This document shows positions 1-9,761 of a DNA stretch of 64,000 nucleotides, in pieces; position 1 is the first letter of the stretch, and every line of letters begins with the position of its first letter. The stretch covers positions 864,001 through 928,000 of the forward strand of contig CAVYKI010000003.1 of assembly GCA_963769025.1 (NCBI GenBank). Direction: 5' to 3'. A program made the position numbers and the translations under genes. A model generated the notes under the pieces. The model did not search any database and was not told the DNA's origin. It worked only from the letters and a program-made list of their open reading frames with translations. Source of the stretch: an uncultured Verrucomicrobiae bacterium. Lineage in GTDB: Bacteria; Verrucomicrobiota; Verrucomicrobiia; Chthoniobacterales; Chthoniobacteraceae.

Positions 1-73
1 GACTGGACGCAATCATATAAAAATGCGCGGCTTGGTCAATGGAAAAGTTTGCCTTTTTTACGCACGTGTCCGG

Positions 74-944
74 TCATAAAATATGGACCGGCATTTCTTC
101 GCTCTCCGACTCCGCCGGAGGCGTGCTTTCCTGCGCCGGGACAGCCCGTGCTGCCGCACCCCGCCCGCCCGTCGCGGTGCGCTGGCCCTCGCGCAGCGTG
201 ATTCCGGCTTTCGCGAGGCGTTCATCGGCGACATCCGTGACCAGCGCATCCACCCGCTCCCACGGCACGAGGAAATGGGGAGCCTTCCGGTTCAGCTTCG
301 AGCCATCAATGCAGAAGACCGCCCGCGTGCTGCGCTCGAGGACGACCCGCTGCTGGTCCACGATCGCCGCCTGCGAATTCCAAATTCCCTCCGGATCCAT
401 CGCCTCCGCGGAGAGGAATGCCGTGTCGAACTTCCAAAACTCCAGGCTCTTCTGGGCCGTCTCGCCGAGCAGCGTGGACTGCAAATGCAGAAGCTGGCCC
501 GCGACCATGGAACACCTGCACATCCGGAATCGCCGCCAGCATTTCGCCGACCGGCAGATTGGAAGTCACGATGGTCACCGGCGTGACCGGATGGTCGCAA
601 AACGCCTCCGCCACCGCACAGATCGTCGTCCCGGAATCCAGGAAATAAGTCCCGTTCGGCTCCATGAATGACAGGGTCGTCCGGGCGATTTTCGCCTTCG
701 CCTGCGCGGCCCTGCCCTGCCGGTCGCGGAATGAAGGAAACCGGTCATTAAACTCCGCCAGCGCCCCGCCGTGAGTGCGCTTGATCTTCTTCTCGCTGAC
801 TAGCGCCGCCAAATCCCGACGAGCCGTCGCCTCGGAAACTCCAAGCCGGCGGCAAAGCTCCTTCACCGGCAGATAGCGGTGCTGCCCGAGCAACTGAGCA
901 AGCCGCTCACGCCGCGCCTGCACGATATGAAAGGGAACCTTCAC
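74..944 (-). CDS. DeoR/GlpR family transcriptional regulator (frameshift near 510)
   Basis: N-terminal HTH (LCRRLGVSEATARRDL, RTHGGA, FLDSGTT) in ORF 306..944 continues as a DeoR C-terminal domain in ORF 74..523; one extra base near 510 separates them. Confidence 0.88.
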
Positions 945-1130
945 GCGCTACGATCGCGTTTTAATGACCGATGTCAATTATAACCGAAATTCTGCGATGA
1001 GCGGAAAGGAGCACGCCTCATCCGATGGGTGAACGCGATCCTGTTGGCAAATTCACGAGCCCTTTCGCTTGTCTCCATTCCTCGGTCCTCATCTTCAGAT
1101 TTTGGGTGGCCGGTTTCGCATGGGATGGAT

Positions 1131-2120
1131 TCATCTGGCCGTCGGCTGCGGCAGTCTGTCCGCGATCTTCCCTGCTATCTTCTGCGCGAGGATCTGGTGC
1201 CCCTCGGGCCGGAGGTGCGCGGTGTCCATGAACAGCGGGGCGAAGTCCATGGGCGAAAGCGCGTCTTTCATGGAAAGGATCGCGACGTCGGGTGCGGCGA
1301 AGGATCGCGCGAGGTCGTCGAGGCCGTTGTCGTCGAGCGTGGCGTCCTTTCCGCTGCCGCGCATGCGGACTTGCGTGACGAGCAGCATCGGCACGCCGGC
1401 CTTGCGACAGGCGGCGATGTCTTCGGCGAGGAAGTCCTTCACGCGTTTCTGCCATGTGCGGATTCGCTCGTCGTCCATCGAGGCCACGGTCTCGGCGGCG
1501 GCATCGTTCACGCCCTGCTGCGCGCGGATTTTTTCCGGCAGCAAGGCCCAGAAGACGCCCTCGGTCTTCATCTCGTGGAGCCGCCGGATGAGCGCGCTCT
1601 GCATGAGTGTGTTGCCGGGCTTCCAACCTTTGTTGTCCTGACTGCGCCGCCATTCTCGCTCGTCCTCGTACTCGTTCGAGTTGTTCACGTGGCGGATCAC
1701 GAAGTCCGGCCGGTAATCGAGCGCCTTTTGCAGGACGATGTGGCAGCGTTGCGCGCCGTAGCCGGGGAGGCAGAGGTTCCAGCCTTCGGCGGAAATGCCG
1801 CGCTCCCTCAGCAACTCCGCGAGCCTCGTCGAATAGGCGTCCGCCAGCGATGGGCCGCGTGGAACGGAGTCGCCGACGACCATGATGCGGGCCACTCCTG
1901 GCGGCTTCCGTTGCGGAAAATGTTGCGGCAGGAACTTGCGCCCACCCGCGCGGACCAAGTCTAGCGAGCCGTCCGCATTTTCGTGAAAGCCCGCGGTCGG
2001 ATGGTAGCCGTAATCGAAGCGGCCCGACAGGCCGCGCGAGTAAAAGGTGCGCATCCCGAGTTCGCCGAGCACGAGCATCGCGACGACCAGCAGGAACGAT
2101 TTGGTGAAGGTGCGGCGCAT
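1131..2120 (-). CDS. SGNH/GDSL hydrolase-like protein (partner of MBOAT O-acyltransferase)
   Basis: N-terminal TM, VGDS block I, D-T-A-H block V; ATG overlaps the MBOAT stop (ATGA). Confidence 0.8.
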   Translation of the reverse strand: MRRTFTKSFLLVVAMLVLGELGMRTFYSRGLSGRFDYGYHPTAGFHENADGSLDLVRAGGRKFLPQHFPQRKPPGVARIMVVGDSVPRGPSLADAYSTRLAELLRERGISAEGWNLCLPGYGAQRCHIVLQKALDYRPDFVIRHVNNSNEYEDEREWRRSQDNKGWKPGNTLMQSALIRRLHEMKTEGVFWALLPEKIRAQQGVNDAAAETVASMDDERIRTWQKRVKDFLAEDIAACRKAGVPMLLVTQVRMRGSGKDATLDDNGLDDLARSFAAPDVAILSMKDALSPMDFAPLFMDTAHLRPEGHQILAQKIAGKIADRLPQPTAR

Positions 2121-3757
2121 CAGAATTGGAAGTAGATGAACTCGACATCGCCGCTGGTGCTCGTCGCGATGGCGAGGAACATCAGCACGTAAACGAGACT
2201 CCGCGCGACCCACGGCCAGTGGTCGATTTCCACCTCGTCCTGCGCGCGACGTGTCGCGAATTGCAGCAGCGCCAGCGGCACCGCGTGGATCGCGAGCCAC
2301 AGCGCGGGCGAACGCCATCCGACCACACCGGCCTGCACCGCCGCGGGCAATGCCTCGCCGATCGCCGGCTTCCACAGCCCCGATGCGCCCGCACTTTCCC
2401 AGTGCGTGAATGCGACGAACCAGTCGCCGAGCTGCGCGAGCGAGTTGCTCCGGAAGATCGCCCAGCCGACGAGCGTGAGCGAAAACATCACCACCGTCCC
2501 GAGCGGCACGCGCCAGCCGCTTTTCGCCGACTCGAGCGCGCGCAGCGGGGCGACGAGACGGTAAATGATCAGCAGCGCGCCGTAGTACGCGCCCCAGAGG
2601 ATGTAGGTCCAGTTCGCCCCGTGCCACAGGCCGGCGAGCACCATCGTGAGGCCGAGATTGCGCAGCGTGGCGAGCTTGCCGCCGCGATTTCCGCCGAGCG
2701 GAATGTACACGTAATCGCGGAACCACGACGACAGCGTGATGTGCCAGCGCCGCCAGAAATCCGACGGCCCCTGCGCGAGGTACGGGTGATGAAAATTGTC
2801 CGTGAGCCTGATGCCGAGCAGTTGCGCGGAGCCGCGCGCGATGTCCGTGTAGCCGGAGAAATCGCCGTAAATCTGCACCGCAAACGCCAGCACGCCGAGC
2901 AGCGCCCACTGGCCGTTCAGCGGCGTGTCGGGCGCGAATGCGTAGCTCGCGAGCAGCGCGCAGTTGTCCGCGACGAAGACCTTCTTGAACAACCCGAACA
3001 GCAGCAGCCGCGCGCCGCGGTGAAACACCGCCGGGTCCCACACGCGCGGCGTGGCGAATTGCGGCAGCATCTCGTGCGCACGCTCGATGGGACCGGCGAC
3101 GAGCTGCGGGAAGAACGACAGGAACGCCGCGAACAGCGGGAAATCCGCGACCGCCTTGGCGTCGCCGCGATACACGTCGATCGTGTAGCTCATCGCCTGG
3201 AAGGTGTAGAACGAAATGCCCACCGGCAGCAGGATGTTCGGCAGCGTCCAGCCCGCATTCCAGCCGAACGCCGCGAGCGCGTGGACGAGCGTGTCGGCGA
3301 AGAAATTGAAATACTTGAAGAAGCCAAGCACGACGAGATTCGACCCGAGGCTCAGCAGCAGGAACGCGCGCCGCTGCTTCGCTTCCGGGAGCCGCCAGAG
3401 CAGCGCATACAGCCCGGTGAAGAGCACCGGCAGCGCGATGGCCGGCGTGAGGTGCTCCCACGAGACGTCGTGACCCTGGAATTGCAACGCCTTGCACACC
3501 AGCATCCACGCGGCGGGAATCGCCGTCATCCCCGCGACCTTCGTGAGCGCGACGCGCTGGCGGTTCATCGCGGTCGCCGCGAAGTAATCCACAATCGTCG
3601 TCGTGAAATGCAGCGCGAGAAAACGCGCATCCCAGAATCCGTAAAACGAGTAGCTCGCCGCGAGGATCAGCCAGATCCGCCCGCGCCACGGCAGCCGCCA
3701 ATAGAGCGCGAAGACGCTCGCGAGAAGGACGGCAAATTCCCACGAGGTGAAAGACAT
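2120..3757 (-). CDS. MBOAT family O-acyltransferase (AlgI/DltB-like)
   Basis: LPVGISFYTFQ, FFPQLVAGPIER, QIYGDFSGYTD, FWRRWHITLSSWFRDYVYIPLGG, GLWHGA, terminal FIYFQF. Confidence 0.95.
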   Translation of the reverse strand: MSFTSWEFAVLLASVFALYWRLPWRGRIWLILAASYSFYGFWDARFLALHFTTTIVDYFAATAMNRQRVALTKVAGMTAIPAAWMLVCKALQFQGHDVSWEHLTPAIALPVLFTGLYALLWRLPEAKQRRAFLLLSLGSNLVVLGFFKYFNFFADTLVHALAAFGWNAGWTLPNILLPVGISFYTFQAMSYTIDVYRGDAKAVADFPLFAAFLSFFPQLVAGPIERAHEMLPQFATPRVWDPAVFHRGARLLLFGLFKKVFVADNCALLASYAFAPDTPLNGQWALLGVLAFAVQIYGDFSGYTDIARGSAQLLGIRLTDNFHHPYLAQGPSDFWRRWHITLSSWFRDYVYIPLGGNRGGKLATLRNLGLTMVLAGLWHGANWTYILWGAYYGALLIIYRLVAPLRALESAKSGWRVPLGTVVMFSLTLVGWAIFRSNSLAQLGDWFVAFTHWESAGASGLWKPAIGEALPAAVQAGVVGWRSPALWLAIHAVPLALLQFATRRAQDEVEIDHWPWVARSLVYVLMFLAIATSTSGDVEFIYFQF

Positions 3758-3896
3758 TGTGCGCGAGGTACAGCGGCGCTTGGGGGGTTGTCCATTCGCA
3801 AGATCAGCCCCGCCGGGGTGAAAAGTGAGGCGTCTCCCTTCCCACCTCCCGCCCGCGGCACCGGGAGCCGGAGGGATGCCGCTTTTCCACCCCCTG

Positions 3897-4600
3897 CTAC
3901 GGCACCGGCGGCACCGCGGGCGGCGCGGGCTGCTGCGGGTGATCCTCCAGCAGGCTCTGCTGCATGTAGAGCGCCAGCTTCTCCGGCTGCCGCGCAAACA
4001 TCTCCGCGATCTTCAGCAGATTCAGCATCAGCATGAGCTGCAGGTTTTCCCGCGCCAGCTTCTTGCCCTCCTGCGTCGTCGTCTTCGCGCCCGCCGCCGC
4101 CTCGCTCGCGCTGTAGGCCGCCATCCAGCCCGCGTGCAGCGCCGTCGCCTCCGCCACCAGCGGCGCGCCGAGGTCGGCCTGGTGCGCCGTCACCCCGTTC
4201 AGCAGCGTCTGCAGGTGGTTCTTGAGCTGATCATCCGTGCTGGAGGAAAAAAACCGGCCGCCCCAGCGGGAAACACTCCGTCATCTCCGGCGAATTCTGC
4301 CCGAACTTCATCACCACCGCGCCATGCAGCTTCGCGATGTCGCCTGCCAGCCCCGCGCGGAATTCGCCCTTCGCCGCCGTGCGCGCCTTTTGCACGCCCA
4401 GCTTCACCGTCTCGCTCGTCAGCGACGATGTCAAAATTCTGCATCGCCGTATCCACCGCCGCGATGGTCCCATTGAGCTGGCCGCCGATGGTGTCCGCGG
4501 TCGCGCGCCCGAGGAATTCGATGGTGAGCGACGAGAGTTCGCCGCTGGAGATGCCCTCGTCGTCGAGGGGATTCGTGCCGATGCGATGGAGGTCGAGCAT
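3897..4600 (-). CDS. Hypothetical alpha-helical protein with Pro-rich tail (frameshifts near 4420 and 4250)
   Basis: Three consecutive ORF pieces (MLDLHRIGTNP..., ETVKLGVQKAR..., TAHQADLG...PPVP) join into a ~230 aa frame with GC3-biased codons. Confidence 0.65.
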
Positions 4601-4691
4601 GGGAGGGAGTGGGTTTGGGTCATACCGCGAGCCCCCGGGGTTTTGCCGCCGGACGGCGGGAGCCCGCTTAGGTTCCGTCTGGCTATCGCGC

Positions 4692-4721
4692 GCTATAGCA
4701 CTGGGTGCCACATCGCGGCAA
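4692..4721 (-). promoter_or_regulatory. Possible sigma70 promoter for the 3897..4600 gene
   Basis: Minus strand TTGCCG-N18-TATAGC with TG extension, about 90 bp upstream of the ATG. Confidence 0.25.
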
Positions 4722-4806
4722 GGGAAAAATCCAAAGATTTTCATGGCCTTGATTTTCAGCCTCAAAAGAACAGAAAAGTCATCCCTCGCTCCCGAGAGTG
4801 CCATGC

Positions 4807-5192
4807 CCAAAACCAGGCAGGCATCCCGCGACGCCGCGAGACTCATACCCAAAATACAGGCGGCATCCTGCGACACCGCGAGGCTCCTACCCAAAACTCA
4901 GGAGGTGTCTCGCGACGCCGCGAGGCTCACTCCCAAAACTCAGGAGGTGTCTCGCGACGCCGCGAGGCTCACTCCCAAAACTCAGGAGGTGCCTCGCGAC
5001 GCCGCGAGGCTCACCCCCAAAACTCAGGAGGTGCCTCGCGACGCCGCGAGGCTCACCCCCAAAACTCAGGAGGTGTCCTCGCGACGCCGCGAGGCTCACC
5101 CCCAAAACTCAGGAGGTGTCTCGCGACGCCGCGAGGCTCACCCCCAAAACTCAGGAGGTGTCTCGCGACGTCGCGAGGCTCACCCCCAAAAC
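4807..5192. repeat. Tandem array of 9 x 42-bp units with internal hairpin
   Basis: Unit CCAAAACTCAGGAGGTGYCTCGCGACGCCGCGAGGCTCACYC starting at 4807, 4849, 4891, 4933, 4975, 5017, 5059, 5102 and 5144, partial at 5186; first two units degenerate; unit 7 is 43 bp. Confidence 0.97.
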
Positions 5193-5444
5193 GCTGGATA
5201 AATTTCGACACCCCCCGCCGCCCCCATGAAAAAGCCCCATTTCGCCCACTTTTGCCCGCAACCCCCCCTGAAATCCCCACCCCTTGGACGGACACGCTCC
5301 GTCGTGTCCCCATTCCCTCCCCGCCGCGCCCCCATCCCCGCCCCATCCCCGCCAGAGCCTGTCATGCACTTTGCTGGCGAATGAAGGCAATCCTGGAGGG
5401 AGGGCCAAAGGCCCTGTACAAGCCCGCCCAGCCCTGGGTATCGC

Positions 5445-5570
5445 GTGGATCCAGTCCAGATACGCCTGCTCGGTGCGGATGGAATAGTGCTTCCCGCGCA
5501 AAATGCGCCGCACCTCATCGGGAAGTTTCGGCTTGCCTGCCCCACCTTTGGGCGAAAAGGTTTCGCGCAT
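5445..5570 (-). pseudogene. intI: Truncated integron integrase (N-terminal SAM-like segment only)
   Basis: KPKLPDEVRRILRGKHYSIRTEQAYLDWI matches the IntI N-terminus; similarity ends after WI; divergent from attI-like site. Confidence 0.85.
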
Positions 5571-5629
5571 GGCTTCCCTTTGCCGCACAGCCACCCCCGA
5601 CCGCAACCGTTTTAGACGAAACCCACTTT

Positions 5630-5648
5630 CGCCTACTTCTTGTTAGGC
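5630..5648 (+). other. attI-like recombination site
   Basis: CGCCTAC-TTCTT-GTTAGGC (L box, 5-bp spacer, GTTRRRY R box), 60 bp upstream of intI and 20 bp before the cassette ATG. Confidence 0.75.
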
Positions 5649-5668
5649 GTTTCTAGCGTTTCCTGTGA

Positions 5669-6115
5669 ATGAGCGATGCGAAGCAACCCGACCTTGAGCA
5701 CGATGAGTTCTGCATCACCCTCTGCTTCTCCGGCGACGACATTGACCCGCCAGAGATTACTCGGCTCATCGGCTCGCAGCCCACTGACTCCGCACGCACC
5801 GGCGATCCGAACGCCCGTCTCAGCGAGCGCACAGGACGCTCTTACACTTACCCGCGCGGCTTTTGGAGTTTGTCCATGGAGCGCAGCTCGCGCGATATCG
5901 AGAAGCAGGTTTCCGAGCTTTTCACACGACTCACGCCAGACCTTGCGGTGTGGAGTTCACTTAGCACACGCTACGAGGGGCATCTGTTTTGCGGCGTCTT
6001 CCTCGCGTGGTTTGGTCACGGCTTCGGCATGTCTCCGGCATTGCAGCGCCAGCTCGCAGACCGCAATCTTGCCATCGAGTTTGACATCTATCCTGAATAC
6101 GACCGAAACGCCTGA
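5669..6115 (+). CDS. DUF4279-like protein, integron gene cassette
   Basis: FSGDDIDPPEITRLIG, W-x-L and terminal IEFDIY pattern; ends GTTAGGCGTTTC / GAAACGCCTGAC are complementary. Confidence 0.8.
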   Translation: MSDAKQPDLEHDEFCITLCFSGDDIDPPEITRLIGSQPTDSARTGDPNARLSERTGRSYTYPRGFWSLSMERSSRDIEKQVSELFTRLTPDLAVWSSLSTRYEGHLFCGVFLAWFGHGFGMSPALQRQLADRNLAIEFDIYPEYDRNA

Positions 6116-6116
6116 C

Positions 6117-6800
6117 CCCCAAGTTAGCTTTGAGTCATGGCGGAGTCAGTGGGAGTCCGAGTAAGTCGTCCGTCGCCATGACCTCAAAGGTAACCGTGGT
6201 TGGACAAGCCCGCGGTGAAGTTACCGCCGGCAGTCGCAGGCACGCTGGAGCTTCTTGCGGATTGCTTTTGCGTCTGGCCGGCCCGGTCGGCGCCTTGGGT
6301 GTCTTGGCGGGAAGAAGCGGCGGTGGAGTGCGCCCTGCAAGTGCGCTGTGCCGCGCGGGCGGGTGGCTTTGATGGTGCCGATCCGTTCCCGCATTGGTTG
6401 ATGAGGTATCCCGGCGGGGTGTCCGGGCAACGCTCCGCCCTCTCCGCCATGGGGGGAGTTTTCCGGGATGCCATGGAACCGCGTGCTACGCGGATGGGGT
6501 GCTGTGGATGGCGTGTTCATCCGGCGGGTGTTGCCATGGGGGTGGTGCGCGGGCGGGACGCATCCGGCGCATCCAGCGCGGCGGGCGCCTGATGATTTGC
6601 AGCAGGGTCATCTCGTTGCCGCAGCAGGGGCACACTGGCTTGGGCGGTTCGAGGGGCGGCGGCTTGGGCGCGGGGCGGGTGCCGAGGATCCGGTGCAGGC
6701 GTTCGAGCTTCAGCGTCCATTCTCCTATCCGTGCATGGCCGCCCTCGCGGGCGGACAGCACCATATGACGGATGCGTCGGGTGAAGCGGAACGGGGCGCG
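6117..6800 (-). mobile_element. IS91-family transposase 3' remnant plus downstream non-coding end
   Basis: ORF 6486..6830 has a degenerate F.RIRH, then CPCCG-x-x-M and ARAPP, typical of IS91-type transposase C-termini; no N-terminal part. Confidence 0.6.
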
Positions 6801-7005
6801 GTCCAATTTGATGATGCCTTCCGGCATCACCCTTCGGGCTGGCCTGCGGCCAGTCTATCTCGCTCCGCTCGATGATGGCGTCGCACTTCGTGCGGACCGA
6901 GTGCCGGTCAGGCTGCGCTTGCCGCCGCAGGCGGAGCCATCGGCGTAGTCGAAGGGCAAGCGGATGCCGAACGACCGAAGGGTGGGCGCGCGGTGGGCGC
7001 GCGGG

Positions 7006-7786
7006 CTACTTCGAGTAGTAGCGCACGTAGTCCACCGTCATCTTCACCCTGCTCGTCGTGCGGTCGCCGTAGCCGCCTTCGGGGATGGCCCACGACCACA
7101 GCTTGTCCTCCACCTCCGTGCTCAGGATGATGAATTGCGGACGCCGCGAGACCGGCCCCGGCGTTTCCCAGAGCATCTTGTCGTCGATGAAAAAGCGGTA
7201 GCCCGACTCGCTCCATTCGCAGCCGTAAGTGTGGAAGCCCTTGTCGAGCCCGAGGTCGGGCGTGAGCAGGCCGGAGCCATTCCGGTGCGCGCCGTAGCCG
7301 TCCCAGTGCAGCGTGAAATTCACCTTTCCCGCCATGCGCTTGCCCTCGTGATCCGTTTCGCGGTGCTCCACAAAATCCACCTCATTCCCCGCCGTCCCCA
7401 CATTGCCGATGTGATCGCCCATGAAGGGCAGCAGCATCGGCTCCGAGATCGACCAGAAGACCGACCATGTCGCCGGCGCGTCCTGCCACCGGATGCGCGC
7501 CTCGTAGTAACCGAACGACGGTTCAAATTTCCCCTTCGTGGAAACCATCCCGGTGTAGTGCTTCCCGCCCTCGGTGTAGGTCGTGATGATCAACTTTCCG
7601 TCCGCGATGCTCACGGCATCCGGCGTGTTGATGGCGTCGCGGCGCTTGCCCGGACAGCCAGATTTTCCACTTCGCCGGGTCGAGCTGCGTGCCGTCAAAT
7701 TCATCCGCCCATTTCAACTGATACCCCGGCGGCGGTTCCGCGGCAGCGAGGGTGACGATGGCGAGCAGCAGTGCGAGGGGTTTCAC
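7006..7786 (-). CDS. Secreted glycoside hydrolase family 16 (frameshift near 7655)
   Basis: Signal peptide, LKWADEFDG, GYYEAR, catalytic EVDFVE, FHTYG, VDYVRYY. Confidence 0.88.
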
Positions 7787-7881
7787 TTTCCGAGTCGTGC
7801 GCAGCCACGCGCCCGGAGTCAACCCGCGGCGTGCCACGGCTGGACAAGACGCATCCCGTCGCCGATGAAAAGTCCGTCGCA

Positions 7882-9010
7882 ATGAACGTCCACGGCACCC
7901 ATTACCGCACCATCTGGCAAAAGCCCGGCAGACGACCGCGTCGTCGAGATCATCGATCAGCGCGCACTGCCGCACCGGTTCGTCATCGAGAAAATCTCCA
8001 CCGTCGCGCAGATGGCCGCGGCCATCGCGGAGATGCACGTCCGCGGCGCGGGGCTCATCGGCGCATCGGCCGCCTGGGGGATGTATCTCGCAGCGATCGA
8101 GGCAGCGCGCAGCCGCGCCTTTGACAAACGCCTCGCCGAATCCGGCGCGACGCTGAAAGCCACGCGCCCCACCGCCGTGAATCTCGCCTGGGCCGTGGAC
8201 CGCCAGCTCGCCGCCATCGCACGCGGCTCGACGGCGAAGGAGAAGATCGCCATCGCGCGCGAGACCGCCGTTTTGATCGCCGACGAAGACGCCGCCGCCT
8301 GCGCCGCCATCGGCCGACACGGGCTGCCGCTCCTCCGCGCCATCAGCCGCAGGAAAGGCGGCGCGCCGGTGAACGTCCTCACGCATTGCAACGCCGGCTG
8401 GCTCGCATTCGTGGACCACGGCTCCGCCACCGCGCCCATCTACGCCGCGCACGATGCCGGCATCCCCGTCCACGTGTGGGTGGACGAGACCCGCCCGCGC
8501 AGCCAGGGCGCAAAGCTCACCGCGTGGGAACTCGGCCAGCACGGCGTCCCGCACACCGTCATCGCCGACAACACCGGCGGCCACCTCATGCAGCACGGCA
8601 TGGTGGACATGTGCATCACCGGCACCGACCGCACCACGCGCACCGGCGACGTCGCGAACAAGATCGGCACGTATCTGAAAGCGCTCGCCGCGCGCGACAA
8701 CCGCGTCCCCTTCTACGTCGCGCTGCCGTCGTCGTCGTTCGACTGGAAAATGCGCGACGGCCTGCGCGAAATCCCCATCGAGGAGCGCGGCTCCGAGGAA
8801 GTGAAATTCGCCGACGGCCTCACCATCGGCGCCAACGGCAAACCCGGCCGCCACGCCGAAGTCCTCGTCGCCCCGCCCGACAGCCCCGCGGCGAACTACG
8901 GCTTCGACGTGACGCCTTCGCGCCTCGTCACCGGCCTCCTCACCGAACGCGGCCACTGCCGCGCCACGGAAAAGGCAATCCTCGCGCTCTTCCCCGAGCA
9001 CGCAAAGTAG
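7882..9010 (+). CDS. mtnA: S-methyl-5-thioribose-1-phosphate isomerase (frameshift near 7930)
   Basis: VRGAGLIG, RPTAVNL, LTHCNAGWLA, ETRP..QG.KLTAWEL, ANKIGTY; N-terminus MNVHGTHYRTIW lies in another frame. Confidence 0.93.
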
Positions 9011-9113
9011 TCCCGCGCTTCAGCGCATCACGACACGTGGATGTCAGCACGCGTGCAGTTGCCTGCGGATATCGCAACCATGGGTGCGTAAGACGCGCTG
9101 AAGCGCGGGACCA
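9007..9113. repeat. GTAG-type REP inverted pair
   Basis: GTAGTCCCGCGCTTCAGCGC ... GCGCTGAAGCGCGGGAC between convergent genes. Confidence 0.75.
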
Positions 9114-9118
9114 TTCCG

Positions 9119-9448
9119 TTACCGCAACTCCACGATGCGCTGACCGCTGTCGAACGCCTGCTGGATGAAGGGCCAGTCCTCGGCAAAGCGGGCGAGCAGC
9201 GCGGCGTTCCGGCAATTGCCGATGCGCACCCAGAGCAAGCGGCCCGTGTCGCTGTCGCGATTTGCGAGGTGAAGAAAATCCTCGTCCTTGGAAACGACGA
9301 TGCGGTTTTCAGCCGCGGCACGTGCCCAGATCTCGGTATCGGTAAACGAGTCAGGGCTGAGGTGCAGGACGTGGACCGCATCCGCGTCCTGCGCCGCGAG
9401 CCAATGCGCGAGCGCGACGGGCAATTGGTTGTCCACGAGCAGCCTCAC
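9119..9448 (-). CDS. DUF5615 PIN-like toxin
   Basis: LLVDNQLP, DTEIW, VSKDEDF, RIGN; coupled to the DUF433 gene. Confidence 0.9.
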   Translation of the reverse strand: MRLLVDNQLPVALAHWLAAQDADAVHVLHLSPDSFTDTEIWARAAAENRIVVSKDEDFLHLANRDSDTGRLLWVRIGNCRNAALLARFAEDWPFIQQAFDSGQRIVELR

Positions 9449-9669
9449 GCTGCGGTGAGCACGGCGTGATCCGTCTGGCGCGCGGCGTAAAGGAGAGCGG
9501 CGCGAATGTCATCCTCTTCGAGGAAGGAATAATCGGTGAGGATTTCCTCGTGCGAAGCGCCCGCCGCGAGGAGTTCCAGCACATCCACCACGCGGATGCG
9601 CATCCCGCGGATGCAGGGGCGTCCGCCGCACTTGCCCGGTTCGATGGTGATACGGTCGAGGAGCGACAT
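9445..9669 (-). CDS. DUF433 antitoxin
   Basis: RITIEPGKCGGRPCIRGMRIRV...EDDIRAAL. Confidence 0.92.
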   Translation of the reverse strand: MSLLDRITIEPGKCGGRPCIRGMRIRVVDVLELLAAGASHEEILTDYSFLEEDDIRAALLYAARQTDHAVLTAA

Positions 9670-9761
9670 GTGCGGAGGCTAGCCCGATTGTTGCGGGAGA
9701 CAAGAGCGCTTCCGCGCTTCGTCTGGCTTGAAGCACCGCACACACCGGCTACAACTCCGGC

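Noticed and set aside
1131..3743. 870-aa ORF as a large fusion protein
   Set aside because: Only the last 329 aa are the SGNH gene; the rest is an off-frame overlap with the MBOAT gene
4807..5192. 42-bp array as a CRISPR or TIGR array
   Set aside because: Units are contiguous and almost identical with no unique spacers, and no cas or tas-like gene is nearby
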